Positions 17,237-26,562 of a stretch of DNA of 62,823 bases are shown piece by piece. Under the pieces are notes generated by a model. That model saw only the letters and a list, made by a program, of their open reading frames with translations, was not told the origin of the DNA and made no database searches. Positions within the stretch are counted from its first letter, which is position 1. Every line of letters starts with the position of its first letter. Source of the stretch: a virus (taxonomy: Duplodnaviria; Caudoviricetes). Both the position numbers and the translations under genes were made by a program. The DNA is taken from the IMG/VR virus record IMGVR_UViG_3300032284_001165, positions 1 through 62,823 of that record; one strand, 5' to 3'.

Positions 17237-18145
17237 ATGACCCTTAAAAGAAGCCTACTCTCTAGTAGCCTAAATACTGGGGATCGTTTTCATTTGTTTA
17301 ACGCCACATCTCAGTACAACTATTTAGCGGGTACTGCTTCAGGCACAACAGCAAGTGGATTGCTTACAGTTACATTTGGAACACCATTTGCAACAATCCC
17401 GTCTATTAGTCTTAACCTTGCTCAAGTAACAAACATTGCAGCAGGTCTTAGTGCCATTAATGTAACTACTACGGGGTTTCAGATTCTTGCTTTCCAACTT
17501 GAAGGCGGAACAACTAATGGGTTACCTATAGCCAACACATCTATTACAGTTGACTGGATTGCAGTTAGCCCTATTGGTTCTGCAACAGGAATATCAGCTG
17601 GGTACACCTCAGCTATTACAACAGATGTAAATGGAAGCTACCGTGTTAACTTCCCAGTTGCATATACTAGTACTCCAATTGTAGTAACTACTTATAGAGA
17701 TAACACTTCTTTCTTAGCCCAAGATAACACAAACCATTTTGTATCAGCTGTAGATTTAAACGGATTTGTTGTTACCTTTAGTGCAGGAGAAAATGGCGAC
17801 TTATGGAGAAGCAGTGCTGCAGGTCAGCTCTCTTGGGTAGCTAATCCACCAGCAAGTGTTAATAGTGGATTTAGTAGTGGGTCTGTTACAACGGCTAACT
17901 CTACAGTTTCTCCATCTTATACCGCCCCTGCTGGATTTGGAACAACCTATACTGGAACACCTATCGTGTGCGCAGGCTGGGGTTCTCTACCAGAACCTGT
18001 TGGAACAAACGAACCTGGTGCTGAAATTTACATTACATCTAAAACTACCACAGGATTTACTGCCCAAATTGAAACTTACGAAGGAAGTCTACCAACCTTT
18101 ACACGTACATATAATTGGATAGCTGCAGTTCCTAAGAGTTCTTAA
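17237..18145 (+). CDS. Fibre-tip protein with three H-type-lectin/gp53-like repeats
   Basis: Three copies of V.F...F/Y...P.(I/V)...T.TGF...WIA. Confidence 0.55.
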   Translation: MTLKRSLLSSSLNTGDRFHLFNATSQYNYLAGTASGTTASGLLTVTFGTPFATIPSISLNLAQVTNIAAGLSAINVTTTGFQILAFQLEGGTTNGLPIANTSITVDWIAVSPIGSATGISAGYTSAITTDVNGSYRVNFPVAYTSTPIVVTTYRDNTSFLAQDNTNHFVSAVDLNGFVVTFSAGENGDLWRSSAAGQLSWVANPPASVNSGFSSGSVTTANSTVSPSYTAPAGFGTTYTGTPIVCAGWGSLPEPVGTNEPGAEIYITSKTTTGFTAQIETYEGSLPTFTRTYNWIAAVPKSS

Positions 18146-18155
18146 GGAGTAATCA

Positions 18156-18740
18156 ATGCGTGGTGAGATTCGTGAAGGTCGCTTTAACATCCCGTATGAA
18201 CGAGATTCGTTTATTAATGGGACTACTGCAGAGTTGGTTAACACCGTAGGTACTACGGTTGAGTGGTGGATCTTTGATGAAGTCAATACTGTTGTAGATC
18301 CTATATATGACGTAGGCTCATCTAACTCTGTTACTGGTGGACGTCGTTGGAAAACCCCACTTATTGTCCCTGTAATCAGTGCGAGCCTTACCCAAGGAAC
18401 TACGGCACAGAATGACCGAGGTTTCTACAACACTGATATTTTGCATATTACTATTAACGTAGATCTTATTGAAGAGCGTGTAAGTCTTAGGGGTTCTAAC
18501 TACTCTACAATCCCTCAACTTAAAAATATTGAAGTTAACCCTGATGATTACCTACGCGATCGTATAGTTTTTAGGGATGAAGTCTTTACTCCTACCCGGG
18601 TATTTCCACGAGGTAATATTAAGAACAAGTACACTGTTCTAGTTATTGAGTGCAATCAGGTTAACCCTGAAGAGCTTGTTAATGACAAGCAGTTTGTACA
18701 CTATGCTGACTATAACCCATTCGACCCAACCACACTATAG
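18156..18740 (+). CDS. Neck/head-closure-like protein
   Basis: AAGGAG RBS; DPIYDV...RRW, DRIVFRDEVF; position before the tail genes. Confidence 0.45.
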   Translation: MRGEIREGRFNIPYERDSFINGTTAELVNTVGTTVEWWIFDEVNTVVDPIYDVGSSNSVTGGRRWKTPLIVPVISASLTQGTTAQNDRGFYNTDILHITINVDLIEERVSLRGSNYSTIPQLKNIEVNPDDYLRDRIVFRDEVFTPTRVFPRGNIKNKYTVLVIECNQVNPEELVNDKQFVHYADYNPFDPTTL

Positions 18741-18749
18741 GGTACAATT

Positions 18750-18884
18750 ATGCCGATGAAATCTAAAGCACAGCGTAGAGCCTTATGGGCAAAGAACCCA
18801 AAGGTGGCAGAAGAGTTTGAAAAGAAAACGCCTAAAGGCAAAAAACTACCAGAGAGGGTGACAAAGAAAAATGCCAAAAAGTAA
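18750..18884 (+). CDS. Small basic protein MPMKSKAQRRALWAKNPKVAEEFEKKTP... (not in ORF track)
   Basis: 44-aa ORF read by hand; TACAAT at 18743 lies 7 nt before the in-frame ATG at 18756. Confidence 0.65.
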   Translation: MPMKSKAQRRALWAKNPKVAEEFEKKTPKGKKLPERVTKKNAKK

Positions 18885-19101
18885 AGTACGGCCTAAAGCT
18901 GCAGAAAAGAAAAAGGCATCAGCTAAATTTAAAGCCGATGGCAAAACTCATATTGTAGACAAGCACGGTAAAGAAGTAAAAGTACACCACCCAGGTGGAG
19001 GTAAAACCTACAATCTAACCAAGCTTGCCGGAGCCGTCACCGTTGGTGCCGGTGTAACAGCAACTAAAAAATACCATAGCAAAAAGGGAAGTGGAGAATA
19101 A
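18871..19101 (+). CDS. Small Lys-rich protein
   Basis: ORF track; overlaps the upstream small ORF. Confidence 0.6.
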   Translation: MPKSKVRPKAAEKKKASAKFKADGKTHIVDKHGKEVKVHHPGGGKTYNLTKLAGAVTVGAGVTATKKYHSKKGSGE

Positions 19102-19102
19102 C

Positions 19103-19198
19103 ATGTGCAAATCATGTGGATGTGGCTGCTCAAAGCCTAACTGCAAGGGCGCCTGCAAGAAAAAGGCTGGCAAGCCTACTACTAAAAAAGGCAAGTAA
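19103..19198 (+). CDS. Cys/Lys-rich metallothionein-like peptide MCKSCGCGCSKPNCKGACKKKAGKPTTKKGK (not in ORF track)
   Basis: GGAG RBS at ~19093; 6 Cys in the first 18 aa; fills the gap between flanking ORFs. Confidence 0.65.
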   Translation: MCKSCGCGCSKPNCKGACKKKAGKPTTKKGK

Positions 19199-19372
19199 AT
19201 GAAGAAAAAGATGTCCGATAAGGAACAAGATAAGAAGCTTGAAAAAGGCATGACCCCAGCTCAGAAAAAGAAGTTTGAAGCTGCGGATAAGAAGATGGAT
19301 AAGAAGAAACCGTCTCGTGCCGAAGACAAGAAAATGGATAAAGCCTTAGCTAAGAAGGTTAAAAAGAAGTAA
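19199..19372 (+). CDS. Small Lys/Asp-rich protein MKKKMSDKEQDKKLEKG... (not in ORF track)
   Basis: 57-aa ORF abutting the previous stop; ends before a terminator hairpin. Confidence 0.65.
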   Translation: MKKKMSDKEQDKKLEKGMTPAQKKKFEAADKKMDKKKPSRAEDKKMDKALAKKVKKK

Positions 19373-19377
19373 CGATT

Positions 19378-19401
19378 TAGGCCCCGTAAGGGGCCTATTT
19401 C
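19378..19401 (+). terminator. Hairpin/terminator
   Basis: taggcccc-gtaa-ggggccta followed by tttc. Confidence 0.65.
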
Positions 19402-19437
19402 ATTTATGCTTGGTCTTATAAACCTGTGGAGGATCGT

Positions 19438-19602
19438 ATGATTAACCTAGCTCAACGTCTAGCCCGTGCTGAATCAGATGCTGATAAGAACGCATTTGTT
19501 AATGGCTTAGTTGGCCAAGACAAGAAAGCCGGCGAAATGAAAGTCGCAGCCGGATTTGTTGCGGGTTACCTACTCCCAAAGATCATTAAAAAGCATGGAT
19601 AA
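19438..19602 (+). CDS. Hypothetical protein MINLAQRLARAESDADK... (not in ORF track)
   Basis: GGAGG RBS directly upstream; 54 aa. Confidence 0.6.
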   Translation: MINLAQRLARAESDADKNAFVNGLVGQDKKAGEMKVAAGFVAGYLLPKIIKKHG

Positions 19603-19879
19603 GATCATACAGGCATATTTAAATTTAGCTAAAACAGCCGTAGCCATGGATGCACCCGCTTATACTGACCATCTTCGTAAAACTGCTACAGGGGTTTTTG
19701 GATGGGAAAAAAGCACAGCCAGCATGCTTACAGTAAAACCGGTGGGGTTTGAATACCACCTAGCCCCGCCTGCTGACAATAGAGACCTAGTCAACACCGC
19801 GGAGTATGGCAAACAGTCAGTGCCTCCGTCTCCAGCTATGCGTACCTTTGCAGACAATGTAAGAAACGGTAGGATCTAA
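19595..19879 (+). CDS. Tail-completion/neck-like protein
   Basis: EYG...PP.P.MR motif resembling HK97-gp10-like proteins; ATG at 19595. Confidence 0.5.
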   Translation: MDKIIQAYLNLAKTAVAMDAPAYTDHLRKTATGVFGWEKSTASMLTVKPVGFEYHLAPPADNRDLVNTAEYGKQSVPPSPAMRTFADNVRNGRI

Positions 19880-20478
19880 TGCCATATCTTATTAATGAAG
19901 ATGAAGCTCTTAAAACCCTACTTACCGGAATAACAGTATCAGACTCTGAAAAAGATCAACGTACTGTAGGGGTGTTCTTTGGACAGCCTGACGTACAGAT
20001 CCGTCAGCAGGCCTACCCATATATCGTCATAGACCTTGTAGGGGTCTCAGAAGACTTTACCCGTGCCCACAGAGGTATTGCAACACTCCCATATACCCCA
20101 GACTTTGTAGTCTCTAACGTAGATGTCGTTACTAGTTACCCCATCCCAGTTACCCTGTCCTACCAGATAACTACATATGCTAGACAGCCTAGGCATGATA
20201 GACAGCTAATTAATGCTATCCTTAGTCCTACTAAGATACCTTTTAGATTTGGAACCTTGAGTATTCCTGAGGATGGCACCGTCCGCAGGTTAGATATGAT
20301 TGGTTTCGTAAAAAGAGATGTTACTGAACAAGATAAAAGATTGTTTAGTAATGCTTTCAATGTACAAGTTAGCGCTGAGTTCTTGGCAGACGAACTTGCA
20401 CAGATCTACAAGGTGCTGTACCCGCCAACTATTACGACAAACAGTTCTACAGACCCATACACAATATTATCTGTATAA
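19879..20478 (+). CDS. Tail terminator-like protein
   Basis: YPYIVIDL, P.PV.L.YQI motifs; immediately upstream of the sheath gene. Confidence 0.6.
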   Translation: MPYLINEDEALKTLLTGITVSDSEKDQRTVGVFFGQPDVQIRQQAYPYIVIDLVGVSEDFTRAHRGIATLPYTPDFVVSNVDVVTSYPIPVTLSYQITTYARQPRHDRQLINAILSPTKIPFRFGTLSIPEDGTVRRLDMIGFVKRDVTEQDKRLFSNAFNVQVSAEFLADELAQIYKVLYPPTITTNSSTDPYTILSV

Positions 20479-20532
20479 TATCTGGACCCCAAAGAAAACA
20501 TACTTAACCCTAACCCTAAGGAGTAAAACCGG

Positions 20533-22107
20533 ATGACTACCTACAATACTGGTCGGCCCGGCGTCTTTATTCAAGAAGTAGCCCTTCCACAGGTTGTGAC
20601 CCTACCTGACACAGGCACCGCAGTTGGTGCTCTTGTTGGAGTATTAGGACAAGGCCCAACCGATGTACCGGTTCTACTTCAAAGCTGGACAGACTTTGTA
20701 AATACGTTTGGTCCTCTTAATGACGTCTATCCAACCACATGGGCTGCCTTTAACTTTTTTGCTAATGGCGGACGTTCCCTTTATATTAAGCGCATTCCTG
20801 GAACTGCATCAGCTGCATCTATTACATTAGATGACGCATCAGTTTCTGCAACGCCAACACTTACAGTTTCAGCAAAAAACCCAGGAACATGGGGTAACTA
20901 CCTTTCTGTTTCTGTAGATGCAGGTTCTGCAGCAGGTCGTTTTAACCTTGTTGTTTACAAGACAACTATAGTATCAGGACGCTCAAGTACGGCTGTTGCT
21001 GAGACATGGCGCGATCTTACACTAAGCGCAATTGATCCTCACTATGCACCAATTGTTATTAATACTGGTTCTAAGTTAATTAGTCTTGTTGACCTTGGTT
21101 CTACATCTACTGCCCCAACCAATATCCCAGTAGCTTCGTCTGCTGCATATCTAAGTGGTGGAACAGATGCGGGATCAGCACCAGTTCGATCTGACTTTGC
21201 AGATGCTTTACTAACATTTGATGCTATCGATAATCCTATTATCTTTAACTTACCTGATGCCGGTTATATCTATAACCCAGTTACAGGTATCTCAGATCAA
21301 CGCACACTTTCTATCAACATCCAAGCTGATGCAGTGGCTTATGCGGATGCTCGTAATGATGCCTTTGTTATCATCGACACACCAAGTAGCCTAACAGTTC
21401 CAAATGCACAGCAATATGTATCTGATGTGGCTGCTGCTTTTGCCGCTAGCTCAACAGGAAACGTTGCTGCGGCTTATTATCCATGGCTTGAAATTCCAAA
21501 TACCTTGAGCGCAGCTCCAGGTGCTCTTCGTCACCAGGCTCCTGGTGCAGCTATGATCGGACAGTATCTTGCAACAGATGCTTCACGAGGTGTCTTTAAG
21601 ACTCCTGCTGGTTACGGCAACCGTGTAGCAATTGCAGTTGCTACTGAAACCCAACTTACAAATGCCCAACTTGATTCACTCAACGTAGGCACATACCCAA
21701 TCAATGCGATCCGTCAGATTCCTGGTGTAGGCATAGTTGTTATGGGTGGCCGTACATTGGATGCAGATCCACGTAACCGCTATATCAACATTCGTCGTTC
21801 CCTTAACTACATTGAGAAAGAACTTAAGCGTCTTTCTGCATTTGCTGTCTTTGAGAATAACGATTCAATTCTTTGGGGTAAGCTACGCGCCACACTAGGC
21901 AATTTCTTGTCAAGTTACTGGCAGCAAGGCGGACTCCGCGGTACAAGTCAATCCCAGGCATTCTACGTGACCTGTGATGCATCTAACAACTCCTTTACTG
22001 ATATGCAAAACGGCACTGTTAATATCTCAATAGGTGTTGCTTTAGAGTATCCAGCAGAGTATGTTGTTATTCAATTGGGACAAATCACAGCTAGCGCTAC
22101 GGCCTAA
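20533..22107 (+). CDS. Tail sheath protein
   Basis: PGVFIQE, FFANGG, AAYYPWL, RGVFKTPAG, INAIR, RYINIRR, FAVFENN, PAEYVVI. Confidence 0.95.
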   Translation: MTTYNTGRPGVFIQEVALPQVVTLPDTGTAVGALVGVLGQGPTDVPVLLQSWTDFVNTFGPLNDVYPTTWAAFNFFANGGRSLYIKRIPGTASAASITLDDASVSATPTLTVSAKNPGTWGNYLSVSVDAGSAAGRFNLVVYKTTIVSGRSSTAVAETWRDLTLSAIDPHYAPIVINTGSKLISLVDLGSTSTAPTNIPVASSAAYLSGGTDAGSAPVRSDFADALLTFDAIDNPIIFNLPDAGYIYNPVTGISDQRTLSINIQADAVAYADARNDAFVIIDTPSSLTVPNAQQYVSDVAAAFAASSTGNVAAAYYPWLEIPNTLSAAPGALRHQAPGAAMIGQYLATDASRGVFKTPAGYGNRVAIAVATETQLTNAQLDSLNVGTYPINAIRQIPGVGIVVMGGRTLDADPRNRYINIRRSLNYIEKELKRLSAFAVFENNDSILWGKLRATLGNFLSSYWQQGGLRGTSQSQAFYVTCDASNNSFTDMQNGTVNISIGVALEYPAEYVVIQLGQITASATA

Positions 22108-22120
22108 GGAGACAATATAA

Positions 22121-22756
22121 ATGGCTAATACAAATACACTAAGTAATTTACTTACTGATCCAGTTCGTAATTTTAAGTTCCTAGTAAAGTTCTTGCCAAA
22201 AGACGCAAACGATGGAAAGACACAGTGGGATGAATACTCAACTACTTTCGGTTTTATTTCCGTAAGTGGACTAAGCATCTCAACAGAGTCAATTGCATAC
22301 CGCGAAGGCGGATACAATACCAACGTACACCAGATCCCAGGTCAGACAGCTTTCCAACCAATCTCCCTTTCTAAGGGCGTTATGCTGGGACAGCAAGCTA
22401 ACAAGGATTGGATGAAGCGTTTGTTCTCTGTTCTTACAGACACTACGCCTTTTGGTTCAACAAGCAACTTCCGTTGTGATCTTGAGATTCAGGTGCTAAC
22501 CCATCCAAATCCTAAGTTAACAATTGGAAATGATTCAGCTGTGCCTGTTGCCCCACAAGACGCCCACACCTCTCTTCGTTTCTATGTGTATAACGCTTGG
22601 ATTACAAGCCTTACATATAGCAACTTAGACGCAGGAAGCAATTCAATCATGGTAGAAGACATCACTCTTGTCCATGAAGGCTTTGATGTAAAGTACGGAA
22701 AAAACCTAGATTCTGGAAACTCAGCAGGTTCGTTTGCTACTGGCGGCACATACTAA
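22121..22756 (+). CDS. Tail tube protein (T4 gp19-like)
   Basis: DP.RNFKF.V, F.SVSGL, YREGG, PGQ...PI.L.KG, NAW, L.HEG. Confidence 0.92.
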   Translation: MANTNTLSNLLTDPVRNFKFLVKFLPKDANDGKTQWDEYSTTFGFISVSGLSISTESIAYREGGYNTNVHQIPGQTAFQPISLSKGVMLGQQANKDWMKRLFSVLTDTTPFGSTSNFRCDLEIQVLTHPNPKLTIGNDSAVPVAPQDAHTSLRFYVYNAWITSLTYSNLDAGSNSIMVEDITLVHEGFDVKYGKNLDSGNSAGSFATGGTY

Positions 22757-22802
22757 AAGTAATACACGGTTTAAATCTATCAACTAACAAAAGGTAAATA
22801 AA

Positions 22803-23627
22803 ATGACTACAAATGAGACTACAATCAGTGCCGAGAGTAATCCGGCTCTCGCTAACAAGCTAGTTGAAGAAGCATTATCTGGTGCTCAGGAGGAAACGGT
22901 TCAGCCTATTAAAGCTGAAGTACCGTTGCCTCCTGAGACACAGGTATCCCTTCCAGGCGGTATCTCTGATCCACTATTAGGATTAATTGATTCTGCTGAA
23001 ATTAGAGAACTAAATGGCGCAGATGAAGAAGCCGTTTCTAAGATTACAGACACAGGTAAAGCACTTATGCTTATCCTTGATCGTGCTGTTGTATCGCTAG
23101 GTGGAGAGAAACCATCTAAAGAGCTTATGGATAATATGCTAGCGGGGGACCGCGAAATGCTTTTATTAGCTATTAGAAAAGCCACTTTTGGTAGCGATAT
23201 TGAACTAGGACCTGGAGCCTGCCCATTTTGCGGTACAGAACAGGTTTATGAAATAGACTTAAACAAGGACGTAAAGATTCGTACCTTAAGCCAAGAAGAC
23301 CGTATTTTTACAGTTGCCTGCAAGGTAGGGGCAGTAAAGCTGCGTCTTCCTAGCGGCCACACCCAAAAATCTATCGTAAACTCCACAGATAAAACTTCTG
23401 CGGAAATCGATTCTATTATCCTTAATGGGTGTATCATATCTATCAATGATCAGAGTATCTTTGGCATGGACGAAGTCCGTAAGCTAAGTGTCTCAGATCG
23501 TAGAACCTTACTATCAGAAATAGCATCCCGCAACCCAGGTCCACAACTTAGTTCAATAGAGAAGACATGTCAGTCTTGTAACGAGGAGGTTCCGCTACCA
23601 CTAACGTTAGCGGATTTGTTTCGTTGA
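22803..23627 (+). CDS. Tail/baseplate assembly chaperone (T4 gp26-like, two CxxC motifs)
   Basis: Between tube and tape measure genes; GDR..LL.AIR..TFG, CPFC, CQSC, ends LADLF. Confidence 0.75.
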   Translation: MTTNETTISAESNPALANKLVEEALSGAQEETVQPIKAEVPLPPETQVSLPGGISDPLLGLIDSAEIRELNGADEEAVSKITDTGKALMLILDRAVVSLGGEKPSKELMDNMLAGDREMLLLAIRKATFGSDIELGPGACPFCGTEQVYEIDLNKDVKIRTLSQEDRIFTVACKVGAVKLRLPSGHTQKSIVNSTDKTSAEIDSIILNGCIISINDQSIFGMDEVRKLSVSDRRTLLSEIASRNPGPQLSSIEKTCQSCNEEVPLPLTLADLFR

Positions 23628-23769
23628 TACTGATTATGAAACTTTAATAGATACTTATGAGGCATTAACTAGGTTTTATCCTGGTTGGTCCTTACAAGAT
23701 ATACGTTCTCTATCTCCAAGAGAGCGTTTAATCTGGTTAACTAAAGCATTAAACAGACCTAGGCGGTGA
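23620..23769 (+). CDS. Start-less ORF, putative +1 frameshift extension of the chaperone (FVDTDYETLIDTYEALTRFYPGWSLQDIRSLSPRERLIWL...)
   Basis: Frame open from 23611 to 23769 with no in-frame ATG/GTG/TTG; GWS..DI..L..RER motif of chaperone second halves; overlaps TTT-CGT-TGA. Confidence 0.65.
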   Translation, partial: FVDTDYETLIDTYEALTRFYPGWSLQDIRSLSPRERLIWLTKALNRPRR

Positions 23770-23774
23770 CGTAA

Positions 23775-26561
23775 ATGGCTATTGATAATCTCAATACTCC
23801 CTCAGATGCTGAGGGTTTGGGTTTTGGTGTCAATAACACCGGCGGTATGGATGAGGCAATAAAGATCCTTTCAAAGGGCATGGCCCAATTTCTTAAGGAT
23901 GCTGTTAAAGCTGGCGCTACAGTTAAAGACATGGAGAAAAGCGCTGCAAAGATAAGTCAGTATCTTACAGGCAAAAAAATTAATGACCTAGGTCTTGGCC
24001 TAGGTGAGATGCCAACCTTTAAAAATATCTGGGGTGCAATGACCCCTATGCAAAAAGGCATCATTGGGGCTGGAACTCTAGGCTCTTTGGGTATGGGTCT
24101 TTTGCCAAATACACAACAAGCAGTAGGTTTAAGAACATCCGCAGATATGTATGCAGGGTTAAGCGGGTTAACTCCTAATCAAGCAATTAACCAAGCTAAC
24201 GCAGTAGCTCGTGCTGGTGGTGCTACCAGCGCTACGGGCCCAACGATGGCTGCAATGAACATTGCATATACTGGTGGTTATCTAGCAAATACGGCAAGCT
24301 CTAAAAACATCATGAGTCAACTCGGTGGGTTAAGCGCGTTGACTGGTATGACCAATGAACAGGCTGCAGGTGCAGCAGCCGGTGCAAACGGTATGAGTTT
24401 CTTACGTATGGGTGTACGTATCCGTGATGCTAATGGTCAGCTTAGACCAATGAGTGACATCATTAATGATGTCTGGAACTTTATCTACCGCGGTAGAACA
24501 GACATAACTAAAGACGAAGCTATGATGCTTCTCAACCCTGGCAGTCCAGGAGGCACCTCTATTCGTAGAATAGCTGGAGACCCCAATCTTGCCAATGAAA
24601 TTATTATGGGTATTGTTGCACGTGCCGGTAATAAAGGAAACCCATTAACAGCTAAGCAACTATCTAGCGCTAAAACTTCTTTAGGACTACTAGGTGTTCA
24701 AGGAACAAGCCCATTAGCTACCGCATTTAACTACAACAGCAAGCAAGCAAACTACTTACAGTCTACTTATCAGGGACAAGTAAGTGGCTATAACATGTCT
24801 TTAAATGCGGCATCAGATATAACCTCTGGTCTTACAGGAATGGCAAATGAACTAGGGCCTGTTACTGCATTGTTAGGGCAACTTAAAGGTGTTCTTCAAA
24901 CCTTCCCAGGATTAGGCGGAGTAGGCGGAACCTTAAGTGGCTTGGGTGGACTAGGAATGTCTATCGGCATGCAGGGAATGCAAGCCAAAATTATGGGACA
25001 GTATTTAGCAAAGGCTGCTAGTGGCGGTACAATTGCTGAAGAAGCGGGAGCAGCAGCATCACGACTTGGATCAGTAAGCAAAGTGTTTAGTGCACTACGC
25101 TTTTTAGGACCAGCTGCTACTGCAGTTGGCGCAGGCGTAAGCGGTTTTGCACAAGGCAAGCAACACAACGGTTTTGGATATGGTTCTTTATTTGGAGCAT
25201 TAGGTTCAGGCGCATTAGCCGGCGGGCTTACTTTTGGTATTCCTGGGGCTATTGCTGGTGGACTAGGTAGCGCAGCTATAAATGCTTTAGGTCAATTGTT
25301 TGGTAGCGGTGGTCCTGAGACTTCTTCTACTGGACTATCTTCAAATGCAAGCGGCGGTCAACTAGGAAGCTCACTGGGAATACCTACATCTGGTGACACA
25401 GTAGTTACCTCACCATTTGGACAACGTAAAGCAGACCACGGAATTAAAGCCGGTTTCCACCCAGGCATTGACCTTGGTCTTAAAGAAGGAACCCCTGTTA
25501 AAGTTACCGCTGACGGTACTGTTACCTACGTTGGAAATGGGCGTGGTTATGGTAACCATGTAATTGTTAACCATGGGGATAAGTCAACCCTGTACGCACA
25601 CTTAAGAAGTATTATTGTACGCAATGGGCAAAAGGTAAAAGCTGGGCAAATTATTGGTTTATCTGGTGGTAAAAAAGGTGCCCCTGGATCAGGTAATTCT
25701 ACCGGGCCCCACCTGCACTATGAGGTAAGAGATAAAAGCGGTCGTGCAGTAAATCCACTTTCTGCAAAGAATTCAAAGGGTATTAGAACTAAGTACGACT
25801 ATAACATGTCTGATAATGATTCGCCTTTGGGTAATGCGACAACTACAAATAGCCGTCACATGCAGAGTAGCTTAAGCTCTCAGGATGTTTCCGCTATGTT
25901 GGCTGATGGTAACCCTGGTTCTGTAGTTGGTAAGATCTTTGGGAATAAAGCCTACTCAAATGGTAAGTTACTTTCCGGGTACTCTGGAACTATATTGGGA
26001 ACAGGTGATCAAAAAAACTGGGCTAAAACTCTTTTAGAAAAACTTCACTATCCAACTTCGAAAGCAAACGTAGAAGCTCTTACTACTTGGATGGCTTGGG
26101 AAGGCGGGCATTGGCATAATTCCGATCATTACAATCCTTTAAATACAACCATGCCTATGCCTGGTGCTATAAGCACTAACAAAGAAGGGGTTAAATCTTT
26201 TACTTCTTGGGACCAAGGATATCAAGCAACTATTAAAACTTTAAACAATGGGCTTTATGGACCAGTGTTAAAAGCACTTTCTGCAGGAAATAATTCTAGA
26301 GCCGTACTTAAAGCAGTTAATCATTCTAAATGGGGAACACACATCCCTGGCATAGGAGGACCAGACGGTAGTGGAGGTAGTTCTACAGTGGGGTCCTCTA
26401 CGGGCGGTGGTAATCTTTCTAGTACTAACATTACAGTTAATGTTGGTGGTATTAAGGTTCAATCAAATAAGTCAGGACCTGTAGGCGTAGAGCTCATTAT
26501 TAACGAAGTAACTAAACAAGTAGCGGCAAAGATGCGCAAAGACCTGTTAGGAAAGTATTAA
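23775..26561 (+). CDS. Tape measure protein with M23 peptidase and C-terminal muramidase-like domains
   Basis: Ala/Gly-rich helical N-terminus; HPGID, YAHL, GPHLHYE (M23); WEGG..NPLNTT...GVKSF lysozyme-like motif. Confidence 0.85.
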   Translation: MAIDNLNTPSDAEGLGFGVNNTGGMDEAIKILSKGMAQFLKDAVKAGATVKDMEKSAAKISQYLTGKKINDLGLGLGEMPTFKNIWGAMTPMQKGIIGAGTLGSLGMGLLPNTQQAVGLRTSADMYAGLSGLTPNQAINQANAVARAGGATSATGPTMAAMNIAYTGGYLANTASSKNIMSQLGGLSALTGMTNEQAAGAAAGANGMSFLRMGVRIRDANGQLRPMSDIINDVWNFIYRGRTDITKDEAMMLLNPGSPGGTSIRRIAGDPNLANEIIMGIVARAGNKGNPLTAKQLSSAKTSLGLLGVQGTSPLATAFNYNSKQANYLQSTYQGQVSGYNMSLNAASDITSGLTGMANELGPVTALLGQLKGVLQTFPGLGGVGGTLSGLGGLGMSIGMQGMQAKIMGQYLAKAASGGTIAEEAGAAASRLGSVSKVFSALRFLGPAATAVGAGVSGFAQGKQHNGFGYGSLFGALGSGALAGGLTFGIPGAIAGGLGSAAINALGQLFGSGGPETSSTGLSSNASGGQLGSSLGIPTSGDTVVTSPFGQRKADHGIKAGFHPGIDLGLKEGTPVKVTADGTVTYVGNGRGYGNHVIVNHGDKSTLYAHLRSIIVRNGQKVKAGQIIGLSGGKKGAPGSGNSTGPHLHYEVRDKSGRAVNPLSAKNSKGIRTKYDYNMSDNDSPLGNATTTNSRHMQSSLSSQDVSAMLADGNPGSVVGKIFGNKAYSNGKLLSGYSGTILGTGDQKNWAKTLLEKLHYPTSKANVEALTTWMAWEGGHWHNSDHYNPLNTTMPMPGAISTNKEGVKSFTSWDQGYQATIKTLNNGLYGPVLKALSAGNNSRAVLKAVNHSKWGTHIPGIGGPDGSGGSSTVGSSTGGGNLSSTNITVNVGGIKVQSNKSGPVGVELIINEVTKQVAAKMRKDLLGKY

Positions 26562-26562
26562 T

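Noticed and set aside
23583-23589. GAGGAGG as an RBS for the start-less ORF or as a frameshift stimulator
   Set aside because: About 25-30 nt from any candidate start or the shift site, too far; it also simply encodes Glu-Glu
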